Assembly: GCF_006345805.1 (NCBI RefSeq)
Contig: NC_043004.1
Location: forward strand, 100,936,001-101,000,000
Direction of reading: 5' to 3'
Length of the DNA stretch: 64,000 nucleotides
Source: Octopus sinensis
Lineage: Eukaryota
Below the pieces are notes generated by a model. The model searched no databases. It was given only the letters and a program-made list of their open reading frames with translations, and was not told the DNA's origin. Below, piece by piece: positions 50,747 through 63,702 of this stretch (its first letter is position 1; the number at the start of each line of letters is the position of its first letter). Both the position numbers and the translations under genes were made by a program.

Positions 50747-51939
50747 CGGAAATATACACACACTCATGTGTGGGGGCGTGTGTGTAGGTTTGGTCATGCA
50801 AACAGAAAGATAGAACTTAAGACATGAGTATATATGGGTATATTCTATTAATAATCGACAAACGTTACACACACACACACATACGTGTATGTATGTATAT
50901 ATATACATGTATGTGTGTGTATGTGTCTGTGTGTATATATGTATGTATGTATGTATGCGAGTATGCATTCATTCATGTATGTATGTATGGATGGATGGAT
51001 GGATGGATGTATTAATGTATGTATGCTCGAATCACACAGAAAGAGTTTCCAAAACTGTGTATCTATATAATAAATGTGTATCTATATAATAAACGTGTAG
51101 TTAATCGTGCGTATTTACTATGACGAGTAACTTTGTGTAAAGCCTGCTAAATTTCAGGGTAATTTAGTCTCCATTTTAAAGTTAGACTACTTTTGAAAAG
51201 CCTCAGTTCAAGTCGAACGTATTTTCCTTCCTTCATTGTATATTTCGTTCTTTCGGACTTGAACCAGAGTAAAGTTTACCCAACATACAGAATATTGTAC
51301 AAGCGCAGGTCTGAAATTCATAACTTCCTTCTACTAATCCCTTGTATTCCCCTGGGATGGGGGAAGCTTTATTTCAGGACAGTTAGTCATTTATTTATTC
51401 TCTTCTCTCCAAGATTAATTGCTATGGCAGAGATTAATCTGGGTTCCATGTTCTTGTTTTTAACATTATCTACAGTCATGTGAACATATGATATTATATT
51501 TGAACGCGTATGGCTCATCAATAATTCGGATTTAGCTTCGGCTAAAAAAGGGGGTTCATAGATGAAATGGGAATAGAGAGGGGACATAAAATAATTGGGG
51601 GAAGAGATGGTGGCTGCCATTTGAATTCTTTGAGACCCTAGAAAGTCTGCGAGAAGAAGAAAAATGGCTTCTGTCAGTTGACTTTAGGTGACAATAAATA
51701 GACGGAGTAGTGTACTGATTTATGGGATATAGCGAAACCGTTACGCTGTACACAAATAATTCCATTTTGGATGGATGGATGGATGGATGGATGGATGGAT
51801 GGATGGATGGATGGATGGATGGATGGTGAACAAAAGAACAAGGAAATAACACAAAATGAGAGGGAAATAGAAGTTAAAACCAACAAATACACACATATGT
51901 ATACGTGTGCGTGTATTTGTTTGTACTGAACATAGTCAT

Positions 51940-52150
51940 TCTTGTGTGTGTGTGTGTGTGTAAGTGTGTGTGTGTGTGTAAGTGTATGTGTGTGTGTACG
52001 TGTGTGTGTGTGTGTGTGTGTAAGTGTGTGTGTGTGTGTGCGTGTGTGTGTGTGTGTACGTGTGTGTGTCTGTACGTGTGTGTGTGTGTATGTGTGTGTG
52101 TGTAAGTGTGTGTGTGTGTGTAAGTGTGTGTGTGTGTGTGTGTGTGTTGT
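51940..52150 (+). repeat. (GT)n microsatellite
   Basis: Direct reading. Confidence 0.95.
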
Positions 52151-53049
52151 GTGTGCTGAAATATATGCATGTTTACTGAGTATATTTAAAATTTATCTAT
52201 TTTAGAATTTTATATTAACTTTAACATATTTTTCGCGTCGTCTTTTTTAAAATTTAATTGCCAGTTCCTCAGAGGGATCGTTCTTTTATTTTACAAGCAA
52301 CAGCTGTGTTATTTCCAGTTATGATAAACACCCGACGCATAGCAGTTACTATAAAATAGCATCAGAGCATTAGCTACTTCTACACAACTAATCAACTATA
52401 AATATACAATAGACTAACACGCTACACTAATGTTCACAGCAATGAAATATTTATGTATATATATATACTAATAATGTTTTAGTCTGCCTGCACTTAACTG
52501 TTGCATATAATTGATGATAGCATCATAAGAATCTGTAATACAGACATCCTACACAATAAAGACCAGTGCTTTAAAAGCTAGAAAGCAGTACTCTGTAGAC
52601 ATAACCATTATCCCAGATGTAATAACTTATGCTACAATCAGATAAATTCAGTTATGCATAATTCTCACCAATTGTAACTGATAGAAAGCAATTACTAAGA
52701 GATTGTACGTGCGTAATCTGTGCATTTATCCTTGTGTGTATGTATGGGTACATACGCACACGCGTGTATAAACGCCAGGGGCAAACATCGGATGAGGTGA
52801 ATATCTTTAATAGTTTCGATTCTCAGTCGGAGCAATCTTGCTTCGGTAATCTCTAAGGGATATATTTGGGGAATAACATAGAAAAGGCGAAGAAAATGAT
52901 ATCGGTTTTCTCTCAAAATTTGTGCCGCCAATAAACAACCGCAACTAATCGCCTAATAGTATCATAAATTTGGGACTCGTTCTTCTGAGTTGCAATGGAT
53001 TGATTGTATCAACAATAATATCTTATATATTTCGTGTTAAATTTAGAAA

Positions 53050-53205
53050 ATGCCCAGCGGTATTTCGTCTGCTGTCACGTTCTGAGTTCAAATTCCGCCG
53101 AGGTCGACTTTGCCTTTAGCCTTTCGGGGTCGATTAAATAAGTACCAGTGATGCACTGGGGTCGATGTAATCGACTTAATCCCTTTGCCTGTCCTTGTTT
53201 GTCCC
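53050..53205 (+). mobile_element. SINE family B, 5'-truncated
   Basis: Family B core and tail. Confidence 0.85.
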
Positions 53206-53659
53206 CTCTATGTTTATCCCACTCTGGGCAATAAAGAAATGAAATATAGAAAATAACTGTGATAACAGATTTGGAATTCCTTCCTTTACAATGAAGTGAT
53301 GAGAGTTCGGTTCGATGCTTAAGTTTAATTTGTCGTTGAATATATAGTCTTGAATATATAGGCAGAGGCAAGGGAAAAATTAAGGTCAGATAAAGTATAT
53401 GTCCATCTTAATAGCGAAATGGCTTCTACCAGGCTACCAGAATTTAATGGTCCCCATAAGTTCCAGAAGATTTACAATCTGCAATATCGGTAAAATATGA
53501 GATTTGTGTACAATTGGCAATTCTATCAGATTCAGTTATGCTTAGCACTGTTTAACACTGAAAAATTAACGTCAGAATTCTCAGGCTGGCGGGATACGAA
53601 ACAACTAAGCAGTAGGCAGTTTGCACTCTTCCTCATACTCGAGACCAAGATAAACGGCC

Positions 53660-53885
53660 GAAGGCGGCAAGCTGGCAGAATCGTTAGCACGCCGAGAGAA
53701 AATGCTAAGCGGCATTTCTTCCAAAATATGATCTGAGGTCAAATTCCGCTGAGGCTGACTTTACCTTTACTAGTTTCAGAGTTGATAAAATAAGTACCAG
53801 TTGACTACTAGAGTCGGTGTGATCGAGTTAACTTAACATCTCTCCTAAAATTGCTGGTCTTGTGCCAAAAGAATTGAAACCAATA
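53660..53885 (+). mobile_element. SINE family B variant
   Basis: GGCGGCAAGCTGGCAGAATCGTTAGC head; GGTCTTGTGCCAAAA tail. Confidence 0.75.
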
Positions 53886-54049
53886 TATAAACGGTCGACT
53901 ACACCCGGGGGCTCGGAATGTAATGTAAATAAGAGGGAAAAAACGGTAGAACCTTATACTTTCAAATTCATCATTTACTCATCCGAAAAGGCTCTCATAA
54001 AAGGAAACATTTTCGAAAAGATTTTACTTTAAAAAATAAGCCCTTGATG

Positions 54050-54680
54050 CAGACGTAGCTGTGTAGTTGAAACGCTTGTTCCCCACCATGGGATCACCAT
54101 GTGATTTTGAGAGACCACTGCGTGACACCTGGAGCATGAGTCTTCTACTATAGCCTCATGTCGTCCAAGGCCTCTACAGTGTATTTTGTAGGCGGAAACA
54201 AAAAGAAACGCAGCGTATGAGTGTATGCGTGTGTGTGTGTGTGATTGCATATCACCATACCGGATAACAACCGGTGATGGCTTGCTTACGTTCTCGTAAC
54301 TCAACGGTTCGGCAAAGAAGCCGATAGAAATAAGGCGGCGATCTGGCTAAGGCGGCAATCTGGCAGAAGCGTTAGTACCCCGGGCGAAATACTTAGTGGT
54401 ATTTCGTCTGTAGGTACGTTCTGAGTTCAAATTCCGCCGAGGTCGACTTCGCTTTTCATCCTTTCGAGGTCGATAAATTAAGTACCAGTTACGCAATGTA
54501 ATCGACTTAATCCCTTTGTCTGTCCTTGTTTGTCTCCTCTGTGTTTAGACCCTTGTGGGCAATAAGGAAATAAGAAATAAGTCCCGGAACATTAAAAAAA
54601 TAGGTCAATTTCTTCGGCAAAACCTTTCAAGGCAGTGTTCCAGTATGGCCGCAATCCAGTGACTCACACATGTAAAAAAT
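54050..54680 (+). mobile_element. Degenerate SINE A with a nested SINE B (~54335-54574)
   Basis: AGAAATAAG flanks the B copy on both sides; family A sequence resumes afterwards. Confidence 0.75.
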
Positions 54681-55059
54681 AATACATTAAAAAAAAAGCC
54701 TATTAGGTCTGAAAACATGTCAACAAAATCTTGGAATATGATTCCTTGTGGGCTGCGTTATTCTCGAAACACTAGCCATTTGGCTCTGTTTTCTTGCTAG
54801 TCAACAGAAAAAAGATATAAGGGCCCTGCTTTTTAATATAAATTCTTAGTCTCAAATGTGTAAATATTTAATGTAATCAATATAACACAGTCTTCATTGA
54901 CGCTCTTGAGTTATCCTGGGGGTATGAGTATTCGTGTATGTCAATATATACAACGATCTTTGTAACATAAGGTGTGTTCAAATAAACAAATGCAAATGTA
55001 AACATTGATTGAAATGAAATTGGTAGCATAAATTTGCTCAGAGATTTCAGCTAATACTT

Positions 55060-55088
55060 ATATATACATACATACATACATACATACA

Positions 55089-55122
<34 letters not shown>

Positions 55123-55305
55123 GATATATATACATACATACGTACATATATATATATATACATACATACATACGTATATATATATATAAATACATACATA
55201 CGTACATATATATAATATATATATATATATACATACATACATACATACATACATACGTACATACACACATACATACATACATACGTACGTACATACATAC
55301 ATACA

Positions 55306-55330
<25 letters not shown>
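55060..55330 (+). repeat. (CATA)n/(TA)n microsatellite
   Basis: Direct reading. Confidence 0.95.
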
Positions 55331-55337
<7 letters not shown>

Positions 55338-55500
55338 CATGTATGTGCATACACACGTATATGTATATATATATCTATGTATATATATGTATGTATATAT
55401 GTACAGACACAGACATACACACGCATCTACAAACACACACACACACAGACTCACATATGTGTGTGTGTGTACATACAAAGTGAGTGGGAGAGAAAGAATT

Positions 55501-55534
<34 letters not shown>

Positions 55535-55810
55535 TATATCTATATATATATTATATATATATATATAGCTATATATATATATGATCTAAAAAAGAGTATA
55601 TGAAACTATTTACATATGCAATAAAATACCTATTGTACATACATACTTATATATAAAATGCAATATATAAGTTTAATAAAAAGTCAATTATACAGTTGTA
55701 AAAAATACATATAAATGTTGTATATGTGTGTGTGTGTGTGTGTGTGCGTGTGTGTGTACACTAATTCATTGATATATTTGTAACTCTATAATTTATGGTA
55801 TTTTTTATCA

Positions 55811-56800
55811 CTTTCAGCTCAAAGTTGTGGCCATGCTGGGGAACCGACGTTTTGCTACACTGTCAGTATTGAGAAGCCTCCCATGATATGTGACATTTGG
55901 TGAATAAGGGGAGTTTGATGTCGCTACCCTCATTTGCGCCTCCTGCCGCGATGTAGGTTCATCTGGGTCTCTCGACAAGAAGAGATCCAGTCTTGATTTG
56001 AAAACACCTACATCTACTTTGTTACGTCCCTTGGACTCTTTGGGAGGATATTAAAATGATGTGAGCCCCTGAAACCCAGGCTGAGAACTTTGGCACTGTG
56101 CACTGGCGACACATTCTGGCATTTGTGTAGCTTCAATGACAAAATTTGGTACAATCCCTTCCAGGATCTGCCAGATGTATATTACTGCATATTTCTCCCG
56201 CCTTCATTCCAAGGAGTAGAGTCTTAGCAGCTTCAGCCTTTCCCAGTTGCTGAGCTGTAGCCATGAGACGATCTTCTTTGTGAAGCTTCGCTGAATTGCT
56301 TCAAGGTCCGCTGTTAATTTTACACTGTGGGGTGACCATAGCTGGGAGGAGTAGTCCAGGCGGCTGAGGACGGAAATCCTTCAGTGGACCATCATAGTTT
56401 CCATCTCTCTGGTTTTGGAGGTTCTCAGGATCCGTTCAGCCAGCCGTCTGCACTTTGTCGCCATGTTGGTAATGTGCAAGTGGAAAGAGGTATCATCACT
56501 CGTGTCGATAACCAGGTCCCCCACTTATTTAGGTTCTGGGATTGTAATCCTCTGTGGACCAGTATACCCTGTGAGTTTTACGTTCAGTTTTGGTCGCTGG
56601 TAGCGCAAGGCTTGGAATTCTCCAGCATTAAACTGCATATTATTGTCTTCAGCCCATTTGTAAATTGAGTCCAACTCCTGCTGCAGGTGTGCAACATCGC
56701 TAGGGTTTTGTATTTTCTGCGAGACTTTCGTATCGTGGCATGCCATACCAAGCTTCACCTTATCAAAAGCTTTTGCAACGTCAAAGTATATTACGTCCAC
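55811..56800 (-). mobile_element. CR1/L2-type LINE 3' relic with an internal deletion
   Basis: DVIYFDVAKAFDKV fused to DTKVSQKI..LQQELDSIYKWAEDNNMQFN, then SRLDY.SQLWSP and WERLKLLRLYSLE*RREKYAVIYIWQILEG; 3' end CCCAGCATGGCCACAACTTTGAGCTGAAA. Confidence 0.88.
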
Positions 56801-57849
56801 ATTAATCCCTTTGTCTGTCCTTGTTGTCCCCCTCTATGTTTAGCCCCTTGTGGGGAGTAAAGAAATACATATAAGCAATATGTTCGGAGGTGATAGGGTG
56901 ATGATGAGGGCCAAAACCCCTCGAAATACGGCGCATTCACTCGTTACCCATTTTTGTCTTCGATCTCATTGTTTGCTTACATCTGATGTCTCGATTCAAA
57001 ACGTTGAAGCAAAAGTCAGTGCTGGTTGTAATTTGTCTAGAATATCTGAAGAAACAACTTGAATCAAATTCAAACACTGAGAAATTCTTCTCCGATATAA
57101 ATTTCGACCGTCGTAATCTTTCTCTCTCGTTAAAATAATGAAATTGCTGGCATTTCCTGGTGAAACTATGCAATTTGGATTCAAATACTTACATATCCAT
57201 ACTCACATCTACACTTGTAATTTCAGGCAGAATTGTGAATACACAAATACACGCTAACGCAGAACTGAATATACATAGAACCATGTGTGTGTGTGTTTGT
57301 GTATACATGCGTATATATACATACATTCACGCACACACACACACATATATATATGTATACGGTATATACACGTATATATACATACGTGTGTGTATGTGTG
57401 TCATATGTGTATTATTATATGTATGTAATATATGTATATATACAACACATACACACACACGTGCAAACAAGCACAGATATACGAAACCTCCTTTGCGAAA
57501 GAACATTCTACGAGCTCCATTAGTGCAAAGGTTTCCACCCTCTTTATATAACATCGCGATATATAATTCCAGAGCTTAGGAAAACGTTATGTACCAGTAG
57601 GGGTTGCGGTGTTGGTGGTGGCGCTGAGACTGCATGTACTGGTTATTCTAGTTGTGATGATATAGATAATGGTGAAAGCATTGGTGGTGTTGGTAATGGG
57701 AATGTTTCCACTCATATTGCTGGATGGTATTTGGTGGAGATTACAGAATAGTGAAATACAAACTAATCGTCGGTAATAGAAAAAAAAAGACACGTAAGAA
57801 ATATGAAGTCAAAATATATTGAAAGAAACAAGAGGTTAACGTGAAAATA

Positions 57850-58093
57850 TATGTATATACATATATACACACACACACAGATATTATAACATACATATAT
57901 ATATATATACATATATATACATATATATACATATATATACATATATATATATAACATAATATATATACATATACATATATATAATATAATATATAATATA
58001 TATATATAAAATATACTATATATATTATATATATATATATAATACATATATATACATATACATATTATATATATATATAATATATATATATAT

Positions 58094-58162
<69 letters not shown>

Positions 58163-58199
58163 TATATATATACATAAATATATATACATATATACATAA

Positions 58200-58275
<76 letters not shown>
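57850..58275 (+). repeat. (TA)n/(TATAC) microsatellite
   Basis: Direct reading. Confidence 0.95.
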
Positions 58276-58278
<3 letters not shown>

Positions 58279-58333
58279 ATATTATATGGAAAAATAAAGA
58301 CGGAAGACGGAATATACAAGAATTCATTTTTAA

Positions 58334-58436
58334 TCACGACAATTGTTTCGACACATCCAGCATCGATCCCTCACGGGTGGAACACTCAACAACTGGCTTG
58401 AAGCATCGGGCGCTGCAGGCGTATCTCATCGGGTGA
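58334..58436 (-). ncRNA. Minimal type I hammerhead ribozyme with a long helix II insert, in a pseudo-LTR-like segment abutting (TA)n
   Basis: Reverse complement reads TCAC-CCGATGA-GATAC..(~66 nt)..GTGTC-GAAAC-AATT-GTC-GTGA. Confidence 0.82.
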
Positions 58437-58633
58437 TAAATAGACACAACTCGTTAAAATAACAGTTCCGCAGCGTAACTTCTCGTTTTGTAGAAAGAAA
58501 AGCAGCCAGACGAAGGAAATATCTTCATTTACATAAGAAGATAAAATAAAATCATAGACGCAAAAAAGAGAAACGAACACGCAATCCAGCGAGAAAGGTA
58601 TTTAAAATAACCGTTAACAGGTATGGATGTATA

Positions 58634-58866
58634 TAAGGCGGTGAGCTGGCAGAATCGTTAGCACGCTGGGCGAAATGCTCAGTGGTATTTCGTCTGCCGC
58701 TACGTTCTGGGTTCAAATTCCGCCGAGGTCGACTTTGCCTTTCATCCTTTCTGGGTCGATTAAATAAGTACCACTTACGCACTGGGGTCGATATAATCGA
58801 CTTAATCCGTTTGTCAGTCCTTGTTTGTCCCTTCTGTGTTTAGCCCCTTGTGGGTAGTAAAGAAAT
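58634..58866 (+). mobile_element. SINE family B, full length
   Basis: 15 bp TSD AGGTATGGATGTATA at 58619-58633 and 58867-58881. Confidence 0.92.
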
Positions 58867-59369
58867 AGGTATGGATGTATAAACGCCTTTGGGCAAGCGG
58901 CATGGCGTGAGTGCACTCCTTCATAGAAGCATCCGCGAAAACATGAGCATACTGAGCATAGGCACACGTAAGCTTTAATGCACTCATGAAAACACAGCGG
59001 GTTAACTATCTACTTATTGTTTGTAAGAATGGGGAGTTTAAAAGCAAACTTAAATCATCCATACCTTAAAGTAAATTATATTAACAGTTACTCAAAATTC
59101 ACTCCACTGCATTGTGTAAAAGTACGTTTATATGCGTGTAGGTATTTCGTGAGTCTTTCAGAAATTCTATTAAGGATCTTCTCATTAGTCTCGGAGCAGA
59201 GACAGCATCTCCTGAAAATTATATTTCATGGTTTCTCGTGCCTTACTATGGACCAAGTTATGCTGTACTTCATTTTATTCTCCGTCAGTCGTCATACAAA
59301 ATCGGCCAAAGATGTTGAATATCTCTTCTTAATTGTCTTAAAGCTGGCCAATGTAAAGATATATATATA

Positions 59370-59445
59370 GATGAGTACTCAGCATCTTAAATCTGTTGTA
59401 ATACTTACAACATTTAATAAAATGAGGTAGTACGAAACGATCGTA
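59370..59445 (+). ncRNA. 5'-truncated HHR remnant
   Basis: (TA)n-GATGA-GTAC..GTAC-GAAAC-GATC-GTA; the helix I 5' strand and the CU of the core are missing. Confidence 0.6.
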
Positions 59446-59480
59446 CCAAATTACCGGAGTCATTCTTGTTGCTTATTTTG

Positions 59481-59522
<42 letters not shown>

Positions 59523-59849
59523 TAACATTTATATCAACATTAAATAAATGCAGAATGGAAATTAAACCACTCCACTGGAGCTATCCAAGCAAAATATATA
59601 AATTGTGTGATCGCATTTAATGTACATACTTGTGGTTGACCAGACAGAAATTGAAGATGGAGCGTTCGTGTTTTCTGACTAAAGACAATATAATGCGTTC
59701 ATACACAAATATATTATCTTCACACCCACCTTGTAGATGTTACATCTGCTGTATTTGGCAAATTTAAATGAAACAGTTAAGTGGGTTTCTGATTGATCCA
59801 TAATATAGGCCAGGAGTCTCCAAAGTGTTCGATGAGACTATTCAAGGGG

Positions 59850-60240
59850 TTGATCATCATCATTGTTCGACCGTGGTCGAGACAATGGAATTTACTATGT
59901 TACGCCAGACTTCACGGTCCATCATAGCATTAGGGAGGTCCTGTTGCTGGATGCCTGTATCCCTGGAGATTACATCAGGGTAGGAGAGTGTGCGCCCTCT
60001 GGTATCGCGAGCAGATGGCTTCCAGAGGAGAAGAGTAGAAATTACCTCGTTTTAAGCTCTACAACAATGTCCAGCAAACTGGACTCTTCTACCTTTCACA
60101 AGAGGTGGTAGTTTCCCATATATTTGTACTTTGGTTGGATGACGCTTCCACGAGAGATTTTGAGCTCTCATAGGGAGGCGAGTGTAAGTTCCATCCAACC
60201 GCCTCTCAAGCTTCTTTGATAACGTCCAGGTTTCTGAGCC
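59850..60240 (-). mobile_element. RTE LINE 3' end
   Basis: Reverse complement gives WKPSARDTRGRTLSYPDVISRDTG..DLPNAMMDREVWRNIV followed by an (ATG)n tail. Confidence 0.75.
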
Positions 60241-60559
60241 ATATAGTAGAACTGGTTCAATAAATGCACATCTACTTAATACTTTTTATTATTTATCTAT
60301 ATATTTTCTTGTACATGCCGGGGGGGGGCAATGATGTGTCAAGGATCCCATGAAGGGGTCGATAGTCTAAAAAGTTTGGGGACCCTGACATAGACGAAGA
60401 CAATTGTACAGTTGGATACCTTTAGACTTATGGGAAGAAGACCACTGAATATAACAGAGGTACAAACCAGAGGAAGTTGCAAAAAAGAAGACACACCAGT
60501 ACTGTGAAGCATCGCACTGACATGACAACCGATCTGATATGAAACAAAACAGTAACCAT

Positions 60560-60780
60560 AACTTACTCTTGTTTCAGTCGTTTGACTGCTGCCATACTGG
60601 AGCACCACATTGAAGGGCTTTACTTGAACAAATCGGCAGCAGGTATTATATATTTGGTACGTATTTCATCAGGTACATCTGGTACGTCTGGTACGTATTT
60701 CATCGGCTTTCCATTGCCAAACACCGCTAAATTACGAAGACGTAAACAAACCAACACCAGTAGTCAAATGGTGAACATTG
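60560..60780 (-). mobile_element. SINE family A 3' fragment
   Basis: CTCTTGTTTCAGTC..GCCATACTGGAGCACC. Confidence 0.7.
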
Positions 60781-60799
60781 ACAAGCAGAGACACAACGA

Positions 60800-60984
60800 C
60801 AGGCACATAGGCAAGGCTGCGTGGTACGAAGATTACTTACCAGCCTCATAGTTCTGGGTTCAGTCCCACTGCGTGGGATCTTGGGCAAGTGTCTTCTACT
60901 ATAACCTCCGGCTGACTGAAGCCTTGTGAGTGGATATGTTAGACGGAAACTGAAAGAAGCCTGTCATATATATATATATATATA

Positions 60985-61045
<61 letters not shown>

Positions 61046-61132
61046 ATATATATCATATATATATATATATATATAAAGATATATATCATATATATAATAT
61101 ATATATATATATATAAAGATATATATCATATA

Positions 61133-61171
<39 letters not shown>

Positions 61172-61458
61172 TATCATTCATATATATATATATATATATA
61201 AATGTATTTGTATATATATAAAGTTATATACATATTTGTATATATATTTATGTGTGTGTTTGCCCACCACCATCATCATCGTTTGACACCTGGTATTCGC
61301 GTGGTTACGTCCCTGTAACTGAGCGGTTCAGCAATAGAAACCGACAGAATAAGCACTAGGCTGACAAAGAATAAGTGGTGTGCTCGATTTCTTCTGGAAA
61401 AACCCATTTAAGGCTGTGCTTCAGCGTTGTCGCAGACAAATGAGTGAAACGTAAAAGA

Positions 61459-61460
<2 letters not shown>
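60800..61460 (+). mobile_element. SINE family A with an expanded internal (TA)n (~60965-61220)
   Basis: 5' half GGGTTCAGTCCCACTGCGTGG..CTGAAAGAAGCC; 3' half resumes at ~61250. Confidence 0.8.
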
Positions 61461-61503
<43 letters not shown>

Positions 61504-61877
61504 CTTGTTTGTCTCCTGGCCTTGTTTGTCCCCCTTGTGGGAAATAAAGAAATAAGAAGAAGTAAATATCTCAAAAGGAGCAGATTTAATGCTAAAATAT
61601 TCAGGTTTGAAACACTAAGGATGTGGGTTCTAGACAAAATACTAAATCCCACCCGTAAACACACACAACTAAAAATACATGAGGTTATGTATCACTAAAC
61701 TTCTATAAACGAACGTTACCAAAACATTCATGACAAAAACCTTAAAAGAACAATTAGATATTTTAGGGGTCATCTACATCCTTATCAAGATAGTAAAATA
61801 TCCCGACAAAATTCTACCTGCCACACTTCCGCTTTTTTAGTTTGCCCACGACCTTACGTAGCTTTTTCGCCCTATTT

Positions 61878-62185
61878 CCGGTAAGTTCACCATCATCAGC
61901 TCGCTGCTGGGAAAGTTCACCGTCATCAATTCACCGAAGGGAAAGTTCGCCGGCGTCAGTTCACTGCAGGGAAAGTTCACTGTCATCAATTCACCGTTTT
62001 GGGGGGATTTTGCTGGGGTTTTTTTCCCTTTTTGTTCTGAATAAGTTTGCTTTTTTTTTACTATTAATGGTGAGAAACTATGGATATATTTTCTCGGTAA
62101 ACTTTCCTTGCGATGAACTTTCCTCGCGATGAATTGATGGCGGTGAGCTTACCCTGTGGTAAATTGATGGCGGTGAACTTAGCTG
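61878..62185. mobile_element. Foldback MITE-like element with GGGAAAGTTCACC..CATCAATTCACC subrepeats
   Basis: Left arm units are mirrored on the right by GGTGAACTT/GAATTGATGGCGGTGA. Confidence 0.7.
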
Positions 62186-62203
62186 TTATCCTCTTACTTG
62201 TAG

Positions 62204-62630
62204 TGCCTCCTTTCTATTTCTCTCCCCGCTTTCCCGAATCTGTTCATTGGTCCTGTTTCCACTTCAACATTAGCATTTTCCTCTCAAATACCAACACACA
62301 AATCTGACGCTTCCAACCCACTTTCATCATTAGGATTACTTCCCATTATGTCTTTACCAAATTCTAGAATATACTCCAGTATTTTCTTTCTGATACAATT
62401 TCCGTCAGGTATACAGATCGCCCTCTCTCCGATAGCTCCGAAATCTTCGAGCTGCTTCTCAAATACATCTAACGTAACAATGAGTCGCTTATCTCTCGAT
62501 ATTTCGACCTCTACACTCAACACTCCTTGATCTTCGGCTTCGCCTTCAATAGTCAGTGTTTCACTTCCCGTTTCCAGAGGAAACAAATGTTCATCTTCTA
62601 ACTCAAAATTTATAGGACGAATGATTTTAA
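62204..62630. other. Unassigned candidate coding exon (open on both strands)
   Basis: Plus frame is open 62204-62530 directly after acceptor-like CTCTTACTTGTAG; minus frame is open ~62630-62284 with many GNN codons. No recognisable homologue. Confidence 0.3.
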
Positions 62631-62879
62631 TATGTTATCTCAACTCCACTCCCCTGCCTACTCCAGAATTACTCACTTGTATCTCTCTGCTCTCCTCTCT
62701 TGCACTCACCCACGTAGTCCGACCCTCGTCCCTATCCACCATACCACACGCTATTCCTCACCTTTATTACCATACCTTCTACTACTCCCACATCTACACA
62801 CACACTTCACGTACACTCATCTTCTGCATTCACAACTCCATTCTACTATTCCTATCCTCCACATTTTGACACATCCTTT

Positions 62880-63328
62880 CACTCTTATATGTAAATATAC
62901 ACACTCTTTCGCACACACATACACCACACATTCACACAAGTACACACCTACACACACACGCTCAAACACATATACACATATACCCATACACACTCACACA
63001 CACACACACACTAACACACACTCACTCACACAAACTCACTCACACACACTCACTCACACACGCACCACACATTCACACACATACACACTTACACACACAC
63101 TCACGCTCACACACACATACACACATACCCACACACACTCACACACACTCACTCACACACACACACTCACACACATACACACTTTGGCAGTACTTGCTTT
63201 CTTTCGCATCTTCGAATTACCCATATTTCTCTCTTTAAAACCAAGCCTTTCTCACGTTTCCTCTTATTCTCCTTCTCTATATGTGTAGATAGATAGATAG
63301 ACAGATAGACAGACATACAGACAGACAG

Positions 63329-63386
<58 letters not shown>

Positions 63387-63387
63387 C

Positions 63388-63455
<68 letters not shown>
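62880..63455 (+). repeat. (CA)n-rich tract followed by (GATA)n/(GACA)n
   Basis: Direct reading. Confidence 0.9.
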
Positions 63456-63671
63456 CATGCATACATACACACTCATACATACATATATATAAATATTCAT
63501 GTGTAATATATATATATATGTATATATATATGTGTGTTATATATAATATATATATGCATGTGTGTATTATGTATATATACATATGTATATATATATATCT
63601 ATAATATATATATAATATATATATATATATATCTGTGTGGATGAATGTGTACATGCACATGCTTATATACA

Positions 63672-63702
<31 letters not shown>

